Assembly (NCBI GenBank): GCA_965203515.1
Contig: OZ241907.1
Location: forward strand, 3,904,001 to 3,968,000
Length of the DNA stretch: 64,000 nucleotides
Origin: Spirochaetia bacterium
GTDB taxonomy: Bacteria > Spirochaetota > Spirochaetia > SZUA-6 > Bin103
Reading direction: 5' to 3'
Below are positions 22,431-31,573 of this stretch, piece after piece (within the stretch, counting starts at the first letter, position 1; each line of letters starts with the position of its first letter). Under the pieces are notes generated by a model. That model did no database searches. It saw only the letters and a list, made by a program, of their open reading frames with translations, and was not told the origin of the DNA. The translations under genes were made by a program, and so were the position numbers.

Positions 22431-25122
22431 GCTGGAAGGCGACGGCGCCGCTGCGGAGCTGTGCCGGCGTGTAGTTACCGGTCAGCGCCGCGGCGGCCAG
22501 CTCGGCCAGGCGGCGGCCCGCCCGCTCCGGCGAGCCGGCCTCGGCAAGCGCCAGATCGAAGCCGGGGGCGCCGGTCCCGCCGGTGACCTGCAGGACCGGC
22601 ACGAACGGGTGCGCGTGTATCGGCCGGCTCGGGCTGAACGCCACGATCAGCTCGGCGCCGGCGGCGGCCAGGCCGCCGGCGAGCTCGTCGACGTGGGCGG
22701 TCGGCGCCGCCATCAGGTGCAGGCCGGCGCCGGCCGGCCGCTCCGCGAAGCGGACCGTGGGCCGCGGCCGCTCCGCGGCCAAGTCGGCCAGCGCGTCCGG
22801 GGTCGGGCCGGCGGCCGGCGCGATGACCGTTCCCCCGCCGGCGGCCGCGGCGACCGCGAAGCCGGTCATCAGATCGGCCGCCGGGCCGGACAGCGCGCCC
22901 GCCGCAACGATCCCGATCGTTGGAACGATTTCGATCGTCGGAACGATTCCGATCGCCCGCACGGCGTCCCGGTGCGGAGCGCCGCGGCCGGCGGCCGCGG
23001 CGGCGAAGTAGGCGGCCACCCGCTCGGTCACCGCCGCGATGCCGCCGTCGAGCTGGATGCTCGCCCAGCCGAACCGGTCGGCCGGCTGACCGGCGGCGCG
23101 CAGGGCGGCTCGGAAGTAGTCGTTGTGCGTCCGCTCGCAGCCGTGCTCCAACAGCAGCGCGGTCGTCACCGCCGGGTGCAGCAGGTGACCGACCAGCGTG
23201 CGGGTGTAGAGATCGTCGCTCCCGCCCGACCCGCAGCCTTCGGTGTGCGGCAGGGCGACCACTCTCTCCAGCGATCCGCCGGCGATGCCGCGGCGTTCGA
23301 TCTGCGCGGCGATCAGGCCGGCGACCTGCCCGGAGCAGAGCGAGGTCGGCGTGATGAGGCCGATGCGGGGGCGCGTCCGCGGCCACGCCGGCGCCGGGAA
23401 GCGGCCGTGCCGGCGGTCGCGACGCGCGGCCGCCGGATCGAGCGCGGGCGCGGCGGCGATCGACCCGGCGGTTGCGGCGGCGTGGCCGGCCCGGGCGCCC
23501 GGTCGGCGCGCGCCGGGGCGGCGTCCGTCGAGCCCTTCGCCGACCGCCCAGTCCCGCCAGATGGAGACCTGGCTGTGGCCGGCCAGCTCCCCCTTGGTGC
23601 GCTCCCCGGAGGCGACGCGGAGCGTCTGGCGCAGCACCTCGTCGGCCAGCGCCGCCATCGGCTCGCCGTCCAGGTAGCGGCCCGCGTTCACGTCCATCTC
23701 GCGCGGCAGCAGCTCGTAGCGCGGGGTGGTGGTGACGAACTTCACGGTCGGCACGAACGGGAAGTTGGTGATCGATCCGTTGCCGGTCACGAAGAAGATC
23801 AGGTTGGCGCCGGAGGCGACCTGGCCGGCGACGCTCTCCAGATCGTTGCCGGGGCTGTCCATGAAGTGCAGCCCCGGTTCCGCGACCGGCGCCGCGTAGT
23901 CGACCACGCCGGCCAGCGGCACGTCCGGCGCCTTCTTGGCCGCCGCGCCGATCGACTTCAGGGTGATGTTGTAGAGGCCGCGCAGCTTGTTGCCGCCCGA
24001 AGGGTTGCCGGCCGCCGACTGCCCGTGGCGGGCGGTCCACGCCTTGAAGCGCTCCACCCGTTGCAGGAAGGCGGCGGCGGTCGGCCGGTCCTTGACCGAC
24101 GACAGCACGTAGCGCTCCGCGCCGATCAGCTCGTCGGTCTCCGCCAGGATGGCGCCGCCGCCGGCGGCGATCACCGCTCGCGCCACCGCGCCGGCCAGCG
24201 GGTTGCCCGATATGCCGGAGAACGCATCCGAGCCACCGCACTGCAGCGCGATGTTGAGCGCCGACAGCGGCAGCGCGCGCCGACGGGCGCCGGCCGCGGC
24301 GCGCAGCAGCGGCAGCACCGCCTCGTCGTCGACCGGGTCGCCGGCGGTCGCGGCGACGATCGGTACCCGGTCGAGCCGGCGCGCCCGCGCGGCGGCGCCG
24401 GCGGTCACGTCCGCCCACCGCACCGCGCCGGCCGGATGGTCGAGCACCACCGCGCCCGCCACGTTGGGGTGGACCAGGAAGCCGACCAGCGTGCGTTCGA
24501 GCAGCTCGCGGTTGTTCGGAGGATCGGGGCCGCCGCCTTCGGTATGCGCGACCGGCACCACGCCGTCGGTGACGCCCAGCGCGCGCGCGCGCCGGTTCAG
24601 TCGCGCGGCCAGCGCGACCGCGGCGGCACCCGCGTGCGAGTTGACCGCCAGCACGATCACGTAGTTGCGGGTGCCGGCGCCCCGCTCGCCGCGGTCGTAG
24701 CCGGAGAACCGCAGGTCCGCCGGCGCCGCGGGCAACGGCTCAGCCGGTGAAACGTCGTCCAGCCGCGCCGACTGCGCCAGCGGCTGGTCCCGGAAGTTGG
24801 CGTCGGCGGGGAGGTCGAGCGGCAGGTCGCGCTGCGCCAGGGCGTCGATCATGCCGGCGTTGCGGATCCATTCTCCGGGCTCGATATCGCGCAGCGCCCG
24901 CCCGAACGGATAGCCCCAGGAGAGCAACTCTTCCCCGCGCCGGATGCGCGTCACGGCGAACCGGTGCCCTTCGAGCACCGGGTGCGCCAGCCGCCACGTC
25001 CCGCCGTGACGGAGCTCCTGCCCGGCCGGCAGGGTGGAGAGCGCGATCGCCACGTTGTCCGCGTCGGCGGCCAGCCGCGCCGCAGCCGACAGCGCGACCG
25101 GCCGATCCGCGGGCAAGGTCAT
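22399..25122 (-). CDS. UxaA-family (altronate/galactarate dehydratase-like) protein with duplicated C-terminal module
   Basis: SAF domain (ADNVAIA, GHRFA), GTRNY, HTEGGG, HPNVAG, LQCGGSDAFSGISGNP, NPSGGN, FMDSPGNDLES, TGNGS; a second HTEGCG/LLLEHGCE module follows. Confidence 0.85.
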   Translation of the reverse strand: MTLPADRPVALSAAARLAADADNVAIALSTLPAGQELRHGGTWRLAHPVLEGHRFAVTRIRRGEELLSWGYPFGRALRDIEPGEWIRNAGMIDALAQRDLPLDLPADANFRDQPLAQSARLDDVSPAEPLPAAPADLRFSGYDRGERGAGTRNYVIVLAVNSHAGAAAVALAARLNRRARALGVTDGVVPVAHTEGGGPDPPNNRELLERTLVGFLVHPNVAGAVVLDHPAGAVRWADVTAGAAARARRLDRVPIVAATAGDPVDDEAVLPLLRAAAGARRRALPLSALNIALQCGGSDAFSGISGNPLAGAVARAVIAAGGGAILAETDELIGAERYVLSSVKDRPTAAAFLQRVERFKAWTARHGQSAAGNPSGGNKLRGLYNITLKSIGAAAKKAPDVPLAGVVDYAAPVAEPGLHFMDSPGNDLESVAGQVASGANLIFFVTGNGSITNFPFVPTVKFVTTTPRYELLPREMDVNAGRYLDGEPMAALADEVLRQTLRVASGERTKGELAGHSQVSIWRDWAVGEGLDGRRPGARRPGARAGHAAATAGSIAAAPALDPAAARRDRRHGRFPAPAWPRTRPRIGLITPTSLCSGQVAGLIAAQIERRGIAGGSLERVVALPHTEGCGSGGSDDLYTRTLVGHLLHPAVTTALLLEHGCERTHNDYFRAALRAAGQPADRFGWASIQLDGGIAAVTERVAAYFAAAAAGRGAPHRDAVRAIGIVPTIEIVPTIGIVAAGALSGPAADLMTGFAVAAAAGGGTVIAPAAGPTPDALADLAAERPRPTVRFAERPAGAGLHLMAAPTAHVDELAGGLAAAGAELIVAFSPSRPIHAHPFVPVLQVTGGTGAPGFDLALAEAGSPERAGRRLAELAAAALTGNYTPAQLRSGAVAFQLTRGTAGVSL

Positions 25123-25154
25123 CCTGAACGTGCGCCGGCGGGGAGCGGCCGGCC

Positions 25155-25931
25155 TCAGGAAGGCTCGCCGGTCAGGAGCGCGTCGAACGCATCCCGGGCT
25201 CGCTGCAGCTCGGCCAGGAGGCCCATGAAGTCGCTGCCCTGGACCAGGAGCTGAGCGCCCTTGGCGTGCACGTCGGCGGTCGCGGCCACGTCGCCCGGCA
25301 GGCCCCACGCCTTGCCGTGCCGCTTGGCGGCGGCGGCCACCCGATCGGTAGCGGCTTCCAGATCCATCGCGCCCTGGTGGTATCGGAGGCGCAGGGTCAG
25401 GTCGGAGGGGCCGATGAACAGCCCGTCGACGCCGTCGACCGCCGCGATCGCGTCGGCGTTCTCGACCGCCTGCGGGGTCTCGATCTGCACCACCACGAAG
25501 GTCTCGCGATTGGCGGCCTCCGCGTAGTCCTCACCGGAGTCGAGGAAATAGTCGCCGTCCAGGCCGGCGCCATCCATGCCGCGGCTGCCGATCGGCGGGA
25601 ACTTGACCGCCTGCACGATCTGCCGCGCCCGCTCCGGGGTGTTGACCAGCGGAAACATCATCCCGGTCGCCCCGTCCTCCAGCACCCGGTAGAGCTGCGC
25701 GCCGTCGACCAGCGGGACCCGTACCATCACGTCGATGTCGACCAGATGGGACAGCGTCAGGAGCGCATGCAGCTCGCGCTGCTCCATGGCGCGGTGCTCC
25801 AGGTCGAGCCACACGCAGTCGAAGCCGAAGTGCGCGGCGTGGCGCAGGAAGGCCGGAATGAAGTGGCCCAGTCCGCAGATGCGCACCGCGCGGCCGGCGC
25901 GCAGCTTGGCCAAGGTGTTGCTGACTCTCAT
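25155..25931 (-). CDS. HpcH/HpaI aldolase family protein
   Basis: FDCVWLDLEH, KFPPIGSRG, VVQIET, LFIGPSDL. Confidence 0.9.
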   Translation of the reverse strand: MRVSNTLAKLRAGRAVRICGLGHFIPAFLRHAAHFGFDCVWLDLEHRAMEQRELHALLTLSHLVDIDVMVRVPLVDGAQLYRVLEDGATGMMFPLVNTPERARQIVQAVKFPPIGSRGMDGAGLDGDYFLDSGEDYAEAANRETFVVVQIETPQAVENADAIAAVDGVDGLFIGPSDLTLRLRYHQGAMDLEAATDRVAAAAKRHGKAWGLPGDVAATADVHAKGAQLLVQGSDFMGLLAELQRARDAFDALLTGEPS

Positions 25932-25952
25932 GGTGAGCTCCTCTCGTCGTGA

Positions 25953-26252
25953 TCAGGTTTCGTCCACGAAGGGGATCTGGTTCGCTTCGCAGAACTTCCG
26001 GGCCCCGGCCAGGTAATCGTCGAACTGGCCGCGGTTCCGGCGCCGGCGCAGCAGCAGCGGCTCGATCTTGCCGCGCACGTGCAGCTCCAGCACGTCGTCG
26101 TCCACGAACCGGTAGAGCGCGAACGCGCGCTTCCTGACCAGCCGGAACCGCACCAGATCGTCGCGGGTCAGATTGTGGACCGCCGGCCGCTTCGCTTCCA
26201 TGTCGATCAGCACCAGCTCGGTCTTGTCGAAGGTGAGACGCGGGCGAACCAT
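25953..26252 (-). CDS. Hypothetical protein (99 aa)
   Basis: Protein-like composition (MVRPRLTFDKTELVLID...ANQIPFVDET); fills the operon gap. Confidence 0.65.
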   Translation of the reverse strand: MVRPRLTFDKTELVLIDMEAKRPAVHNLTRDDLVRFRLVRKRAFALYRFVDDDVLELHVRGKIEPLLLRRRRNRGQFDDYLAGARKFCEANQIPFVDET

Positions 26253-26280
26253 GCCGTACCGTACCCGACGCGGCGCCCCG

Positions 26281-26607
26281 CTAGCGATCCCCGGCGTCGG
26301 CGCCCGTACCCGCGCCGGTACCCGCGCCCCCACCGGGAACGGAGGTGAGCTTGGGGTCCCACGCCGCGGTCAGCTCGGCGATCACCTCGTCCAGCACCTG
26401 CCGGGCGCTGCCGGCGCGCGTGGCGCGGCGGCTCCACTTCCACTGCTCCAGGTAGGCGTCGCTGCCGGCCAGACCCTCCCGCATGGCGACGCGGTCGATC
26501 TCCGTCTGGTACCGGCCGGGCATCGGCGCCGACAGCGTGCCCTCCTCCCCGTACGCCTTCACCTGCGCGGGAATGCCGCGCCACGACAGCACCCGGTACT
26601 CAGCCAT
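26281..26607 (-). CDS. 'Virulence factor' (PF13769-like) small protein
   Basis: YRVLSWRGIPAQVKA, EIDRVAM..G..GSDAYLEQW; this family is often found beside corrinoid/folate methyltransferase genes. Confidence 0.78.
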   Translation of the reverse strand: MAEYRVLSWRGIPAQVKAYGEEGTLSAPMPGRYQTEIDRVAMREGLAGSDAYLEQWKWSRRATRAGSARQVLDEVIAELTAAWDPKLTSVPGGGAGTGAGTGADAGDR

Positions 26608-27646
26608 CGGCGCCCTCGTTCAGGTGCCCCCGGCGATGCGCGCGCAGGAACGCCTTGCATCGCTGGTCGCGGCCCAGCAGCAGATCCTCGGTCATCCGGT
26701 AGCGGACCGACGCGCGGTCCATGCCGTGCACCTCGTCGAGGTGGCTGGTCACCGGATCGACGATGCCGGAGTCGGCGCCGGCCTCGATCGCCAGCAACAG
26801 GAAGACGTCGTTGATCAGCCGCCGCTGCGGCATGCCGAAGGAGACGTTGCTGAAGCCGCCGGTGATGTGGATGGCGGGGCCGAAGCGCTCGCGGATCGTG
26901 CGGATGGCGTCCAGGCAGTGGTTGCCGAAGTCGATGTCGACCGAGATCGGAAAGACCAGCGGATCGACGAAGATGTCGCCGGCCGCGATCCCCTTGTCGA
27001 GCGCCGCCCGAATGATCCGGCTGGCGTTGTCGACCCGTTCGCCGGCGCCGGCCGGCATGCCGGAGTCGCCGGCCGCGGTCACCACCACGCGCGTGTCGAA
27101 GCGCGTGACGTCGTCCAGCACTTCGATCCGCTCCAACGACGCCGAGTTCAGCAGCGGCCGGCCCGCCCGCGCCCCGTCGACCGCCGCCAGGCCGGTGCGG
27201 ATCGTGTCGCCGTTGGACGAATCGATCGACAGCGGCGTCGATCCGGCCGCCTGCACCATCTCCGCCAGCCACGCCATGGCGCGCTGCTGCTCCTGGGGCT
27301 TGAGCGACACCTCGTCGACGTTGAGGTCGAGGTAGTGCGCGCCGGCCCGTTCCTGGCGGTCGACCAGCGTCAGCAGGTACTCGCGCGCGACCGGGGCGTC
27401 CGGCCCGCCGGCCATCGCCGTCCGCACCGCAATCCCCACGTGCTTGACGCGCCCCTCATCGTAGTCCTGCCGCGCTTTGTCGGCGTCGGGAATCGGCAGG
27501 TAGCGGCCGGCGCCGCTGCGGTCCCTGAAGCGGACCGACTCGCGGCCGTCGGGCGCCTCCGCGATGCGCCGGCCGCGGCGCAGCAACACGCGCGTGGTGT
27601 GTATGTTCTCGCCGATCGTCGTGAACCGTCGGTTGTCGTCGCCCAA
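26600..27646 (-). CDS. Pterin-binding methyltetrahydrofolate:corrinoid methyltransferase (MeTr/DHPS-like)
   Basis: IGENIH, GAHYLDLNVD, PLSIDS, LLNS, FVDPLVFPIS, GFSNVSFGMP.R; TTG start. Confidence 0.85.
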   Translation of the reverse strand: MGDDNRRFTTIGENIHTTRVLLRRGRRIAEAPDGRESVRFRDRSGAGRYLPIPDADKARQDYDEGRVKHVGIAVRTAMAGGPDAPVAREYLLTLVDRQERAGAHYLDLNVDEVSLKPQEQQRAMAWLAEMVQAAGSTPLSIDSSNGDTIRTGLAAVDGARAGRPLLNSASLERIEVLDDVTRFDTRVVVTAAGDSGMPAGAGERVDNASRIIRAALDKGIAAGDIFVDPLVFPISVDIDFGNHCLDAIRTIRERFGPAIHITGGFSNVSFGMPQRRLINDVFLLLAIEAGADSGIVDPVTSHLDEVHGMDRASVRYRMTEDLLLGRDQRCKAFLRAHRRGHLNEGADG

Positions 27647-27679
27647 TGCAGATGCTCCTGTGTGTGACTCTCGCCGCGC

Positions 27680-29689
27680 TCAACGCGCCTTGGCGTCGAG
27701 CCGCATCGGCTCGAAGCGGCAGCCGTCGACGAAGAGATCGAAGAAGTCCGGTTCCAGCTCCAGCTCCACGTGCTCGATGCGCTGCGTCAACGCGTCGATG
27801 CGCTGCCGTTCCGCTGCCGAGAGTAGCGCGATTCGCGCCCCTTCGACCGCGGCATTGCCGACCTTCTCGATACGCTCGACCGGAACGGGCGCCAGCATGC
27901 CGATGTCGATGGCGTTGCGCGGATCGACGAAGGTGGCAAAGCCGCCGGCCAGATAGAGACGGTCGAGGCCCGCCGGCTCGATGCCGAAGTGGCGCATGGC
28001 GATCACCTGACCGCAGTAGTTGGCCGCCTTCGCCTGCGCCAGGGCGCTGGCGTCGGCCCGCGAGAAGGTGATGCCGCCCGGCGCTACGTCGATCTCCCGG
28101 AGCCGCCGGTCCGCGGTGAAGACGCCCTTGGGCGTGATCAGGCCGTGCCGGCGCAGCTCCGCGATCAGGTCGATCAGGCCGGACCCGCAGATCCCTTCCG
28201 GCGGCGCGCCGCCGATGGTGCGGAAGGAAAAGCGATCGCCCTCCCGGACCAGCGATTCGATGGCGCCGTCGTAGGCCGGCATGCCGTAGGCGATCTGCCC
28301 GCCCTCGAAGGCGGGGCCGGCCGGGCACGAGGCGGCGATCATCCGATTCCGGTGGCCGACCACCACCTCGGTGTTGGTGCCGACGTCGACCAGCATCACC
28401 GGGCGGTCGAGGTCGGCCATGCCGATCGCCAGCAGGCACGCGGCCGTATCGGCGCCGACGTGGCTGCCGATGATCGGCAGCCCGATGGCCCGGGCGCGCG
28501 GGTTGAGGTGGAGGCCGAGACGCCGCGCGGGGGCTTCCAGCGCCGTGGTAGCGCGGCGGCCGGCGCGGAAGTCGGCCTCCACCGATGACCGGTACGGCCG
28601 CTGGCCCAGCCCCTGCACGTCGAGCCCGAACAGGATGTCGCGCATGGTCGGGTTGCCGGCCACGACGATCTGCGTGATCGAGGTGCGCCGGAAGCCGCAG
28701 GACCGCGCCACCGTGCGTATCTCGGTATTGATGGCGCTGGCGATCGCGTGTTGCAGCTCGCCGGTGAAGGCGCCGGCCGCGTAGGAGATGCGGTGCATGA
28801 TGTCGCTGCCGGCGAACCCCTGCGGATTGGCGAAGGAGGCGGTGACGATGGTCGCCTCCGCCTGCAGGTCGACGACCTCGATCACCACGGTGGTGGTGCC
28901 CAGGTCGATGGCAAGCCCCAGCTCGCGGCCGCGGAAGCGGTCGCGGACCGCGCCGGCCGCTCCCGAACGGGCCGCTCCCGAACCGTCCCCCGGCTCCGGG
29001 TCGATCGTCCGCTCCCGGCCGGTGCGGTTCTGGCCGGTGCGGCTGCCGCCGGTCAGGATGCGCGGCGAGCGCCGCAACGGCTGGAACGCCACCTCGGCGG
29101 AGAGGTCGGTCACCTCGGTCTGGCAGGCCAGCCGGAACGGGTCCTGCAGGAAGCGCTCCGCTTCGGCGCGCGGGCTCAGCGCGGACAGGCCGGCGTCGAT
29201 CCGCACCACGCACTCATGGCAGATGCCGCTGCGCGCGCACGAGCTCGGCACGCGGGTGGCGGCGCGGTCGGCGTAATCGAACAGGGTCGCGCCGGCGACC
29301 GGCCCGAGCCGCTCGGCGCCGCAGGCGACGGTTCCCGAGCCGTGCTCGCCGGAGCCGTGCTCGCCGGAGCCGTGATCGGCCGTGGCCGGATCGGGCTGGC
29401 CGCCGCCGGCCGCGGCCGGCTCCGTTTCCCAGGCGCTGCGGTAGTCGAGCCGGTCGTCGCCGGCGCACAGGAAGCGGGGCCGGTCCGGGCCATGCTCGAA
29501 GCGGGGGTCCCCGGCCGGGGGCCGGCGCTGGTTGCGGCAGCCGAACGCGGCGGTGCACCGGTCGTGACGGTCCTTGTAGGGACAGCGCCACTGCGCCTGC
29601 GCGTCGGCGTGGTCGGCGATCGTCGCCAACACCGAACTGAGGCGGTCCAGGCGCTCCTGCCAAGCGTCCGCGTCGAGCCCTGCGGCCAC
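27680..29689 (-). CDS. RamA/RACo-type ATP-dependent corrinoid reductive activator (2Fe-2S + ASKHA/DUF4445)
   Basis: CARSGICHEC...RLACQ ferredoxin, AIDLGTTT, NPQ..GSDIMHRI, HVGADT, DVGTNTE, AGPAFEG, GICGSG, LAGGF. Confidence 0.9.
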   Translation of the reverse strand: MAAGLDADAWQERLDRLSSVLATIADHADAQAQWRCPYKDRHDRCTAAFGCRNQRRPPAGDPRFEHGPDRPRFLCAGDDRLDYRSAWETEPAAAGGGQPDPATADHGSGEHGSGEHGSGTVACGAERLGPVAGATLFDYADRAATRVPSSCARSGICHECVVRIDAGLSALSPRAEAERFLQDPFRLACQTEVTDLSAEVAFQPLRRSPRILTGGSRTGQNRTGRERTIDPEPGDGSGAARSGAAGAVRDRFRGRELGLAIDLGTTTVVIEVVDLQAEATIVTASFANPQGFAGSDIMHRISYAAGAFTGELQHAIASAINTEIRTVARSCGFRRTSITQIVVAGNPTMRDILFGLDVQGLGQRPYRSSVEADFRAGRRATTALEAPARRLGLHLNPRARAIGLPIIGSHVGADTAACLLAIGMADLDRPVMLVDVGTNTEVVVGHRNRMIAASCPAGPAFEGGQIAYGMPAYDGAIESLVREGDRFSFRTIGGAPPEGICGSGLIDLIAELRRHGLITPKGVFTADRRLREIDVAPGGITFSRADASALAQAKAANYCGQVIAMRHFGIEPAGLDRLYLAGGFATFVDPRNAIDIGMLAPVPVERIEKVGNAAVEGARIALLSAAERQRIDALTQRIEHVELELEPDFFDLFVDGCRFEPMRLDAKAR

Positions 29690-29726
29690 GGAGGCGCCGC
29701 CGCGCGCGGCGCCGGACGCCTGCGGC

Positions 29727-30488
29727 TCAGTCGTCGCTCCGCTCCCGCTCGGTCATCAGCCGCTTCGCCAGCTCCACGCACTCCACCGCGTCCTTGCCGT
29801 AGCCGTCGGCGCCCATGTCGTCGGCGAACTCCTGCGTGACCGGGGCGCCGCCCACCATGATCTGCACGTCGTCGCGCAGGTCCGCGTCGATGAATGCCTC
29901 GATCGTCTTGCCCATGTTGGGCATGGTGGTGGTCAGCAGCGCCGACATGCCGAGCAGCGGCGCCTGATGCTCCTCGACCGCGTCGATGAACTCGTCGTCG
30001 GAGGTGTCGACGCCCAGGTCGATCACCACGAAGCCGGCGCCCCGCAGCATCATGATGCAGAGGTTCTTGCCGATGTCGTGCAGGTCGCCCTTGACGGTGC
30101 CCATCACCACCGTGCCCTGCGGCGGCACGCCGGACTCCGACAGGATCGGCTCGATGTGCGTCATGCCGGCTTTCATGGCGCGCGCGCATGCCAGCACCTC
30201 CGGCACGAAGATGATGTTCTCGCGGAACTTGATGCCGACGATCCCCATGCCGGCGATCAGGCCGTCGTCCATGATCTCCAGCGCGGTGATCCCGTCGTCG
30301 AGCGCCTTCCTGGTCAGCTCGTCGACGTCGTCGTCCTCGCCTTCGATGAGCGCTGCCGAGATCTCCTGCATCGCCGGCCGCGCCCGCGCGAAGGTTTCGA
30401 TCATGCGCTCGCGCTCGTCGGGCCGTTCGATGAACTCCTCGATCTCGGAACGGATCAGCTCGTTGCCTATGTCGTCGATCTGCGCCAT
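29727..30488 (-). CDS. Corrinoid (B12-binding) protein
   Basis: FVPEVL cap domain, GTVKGDLHDIGKN (DxHxxG), SALLTTT, MVGGAP. Confidence 0.93.
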   Translation of the reverse strand: MAQIDDIGNELIRSEIEEFIERPDERERMIETFARARPAMQEISAALIEGEDDDVDELTRKALDDGITALEIMDDGLIAGMGIVGIKFRENIIFVPEVLACARAMKAGMTHIEPILSESGVPPQGTVVMGTVKGDLHDIGKNLCIMMLRGAGFVVIDLGVDTSDDEFIDAVEEHQAPLLGMSALLTTTMPNMGKTIEAFIDADLRDDVQIMVGGAPVTQEFADDMGADGYGKDAVECVELAKRLMTERERSDD

Positions 30489-30539
30489 GTGTGGTTTCCG
30501 TATGTCCAGCCGTGCGTGATTGTCCAGCCGTGCGTGCTG

Positions 30540-31559
30540 TCAGCTTTGGTGCTGCCGCGTCCAGTCGGCGATCGCGGCCGGGATCGCCTTGAGATTCTCG
30601 AGCGGCGTCTGCAGCGGGATCGCGCACTCCGGGCCGACCAGCTTGATGCCGGCATCGAGGTTCTTGCGCACCTCCGCCTGCACCTCCTCCGGCCCGCGCG
30701 CGAACAACGTCTCCGGGTTGTTGACGTTGCCGACCAGCGCGATGCGGTCGCCGACCACTCCCATCGATTCCGCCGGGTCGTTCTTGGAGTCGTAGTGGAA
30801 GGCGGCGAAGCCGGTCTCCGCTATGTAGCTCATCCGATCGATCGTCTTGCCGCAGATGTGCAGGATGAGCGGAATCGGGATGCGGCCCACCAACTCGAGG
30901 TGCAGGTCGCGCAGGTAGCGCCGGTAGTAATCGCCCGACACCAGGTCGCCGGTGGCGTGATCGGGCAGCGTGAGCGCGTCGGCGCCCGCCTCGATCTGGG
31001 CGACGCCGAAGGCGACGGTCGCTTCCTTGAGCCGGTCCAGGATCAGCTTGGTCGCGTCGGGATCGTCCAGGGAGAGCAGCAGGAACCGCTCGACGCCGAA
31101 GCAGTGGTAGGCCAGCGACCACGGCCCCATCGTCTTGCCGACCACCGCCGCCTCGTCGCCGTACTCCGCCTTCAGCCGGCGGATCGCGTCGAGCACGCAG
31201 GCGGTGTCCGGGTGGGTCAGGAAGTCAGGCGGAATGACGATGTCGTCCGCCGTCTCCCAGATCGGCTCGCTCATCTTCACGGTCGGCCAGTTGTCCTTCT
31301 GCTCCCACTGGATCTTGCAGCCCAGCGCCGAGGAATCCTGGATGATGGTGAAGACCGGCATGATCGTGTCGAAGCCGAGTTCGGTGTAGCTGGTGGCGGC
31401 CAGGCGCGCCATCATCTCGCCGTCGCGGTTCGCCTGGGGAAACGGCGCGTCGACCAGGTCCATCAACTCCACGGTAGCGACCGACGTCGGGTTGCACACC
31501 GCCGGGCGGTCGACCGGTTCGCCGCGAAACGCCGCCAGTATCCGTTCCCTGCCTGTCAT
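30540..31559 (-). CDS. MtaA/CmuA-family methyltransferase (UroD fold)
   Basis: MTGRERILAAFRGEPVDRP, GPWSLA, ILHICG (HxC zinc motif), GNV, GPECAI; GAGGGG RBS. Confidence 0.9.
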   Translation of the reverse strand: MTGRERILAAFRGEPVDRPAVCNPTSVATVELMDLVDAPFPQANRDGEMMARLAATSYTELGFDTIMPVFTIIQDSSALGCKIQWEQKDNWPTVKMSEPIWETADDIVIPPDFLTHPDTACVLDAIRRLKAEYGDEAAVVGKTMGPWSLAYHCFGVERFLLLSLDDPDATKLILDRLKEATVAFGVAQIEAGADALTLPDHATGDLVSGDYYRRYLRDLHLELVGRIPIPLILHICGKTIDRMSYIAETGFAAFHYDSKNDPAESMGVVGDRIALVGNVNNPETLFARGPEEVQAEVRKNLDAGIKLVGPECAIPLQTPLENLKAIPAAIADWTRQHQS

Positions 31560-31573
31560 TCGATCCCCTCCGT

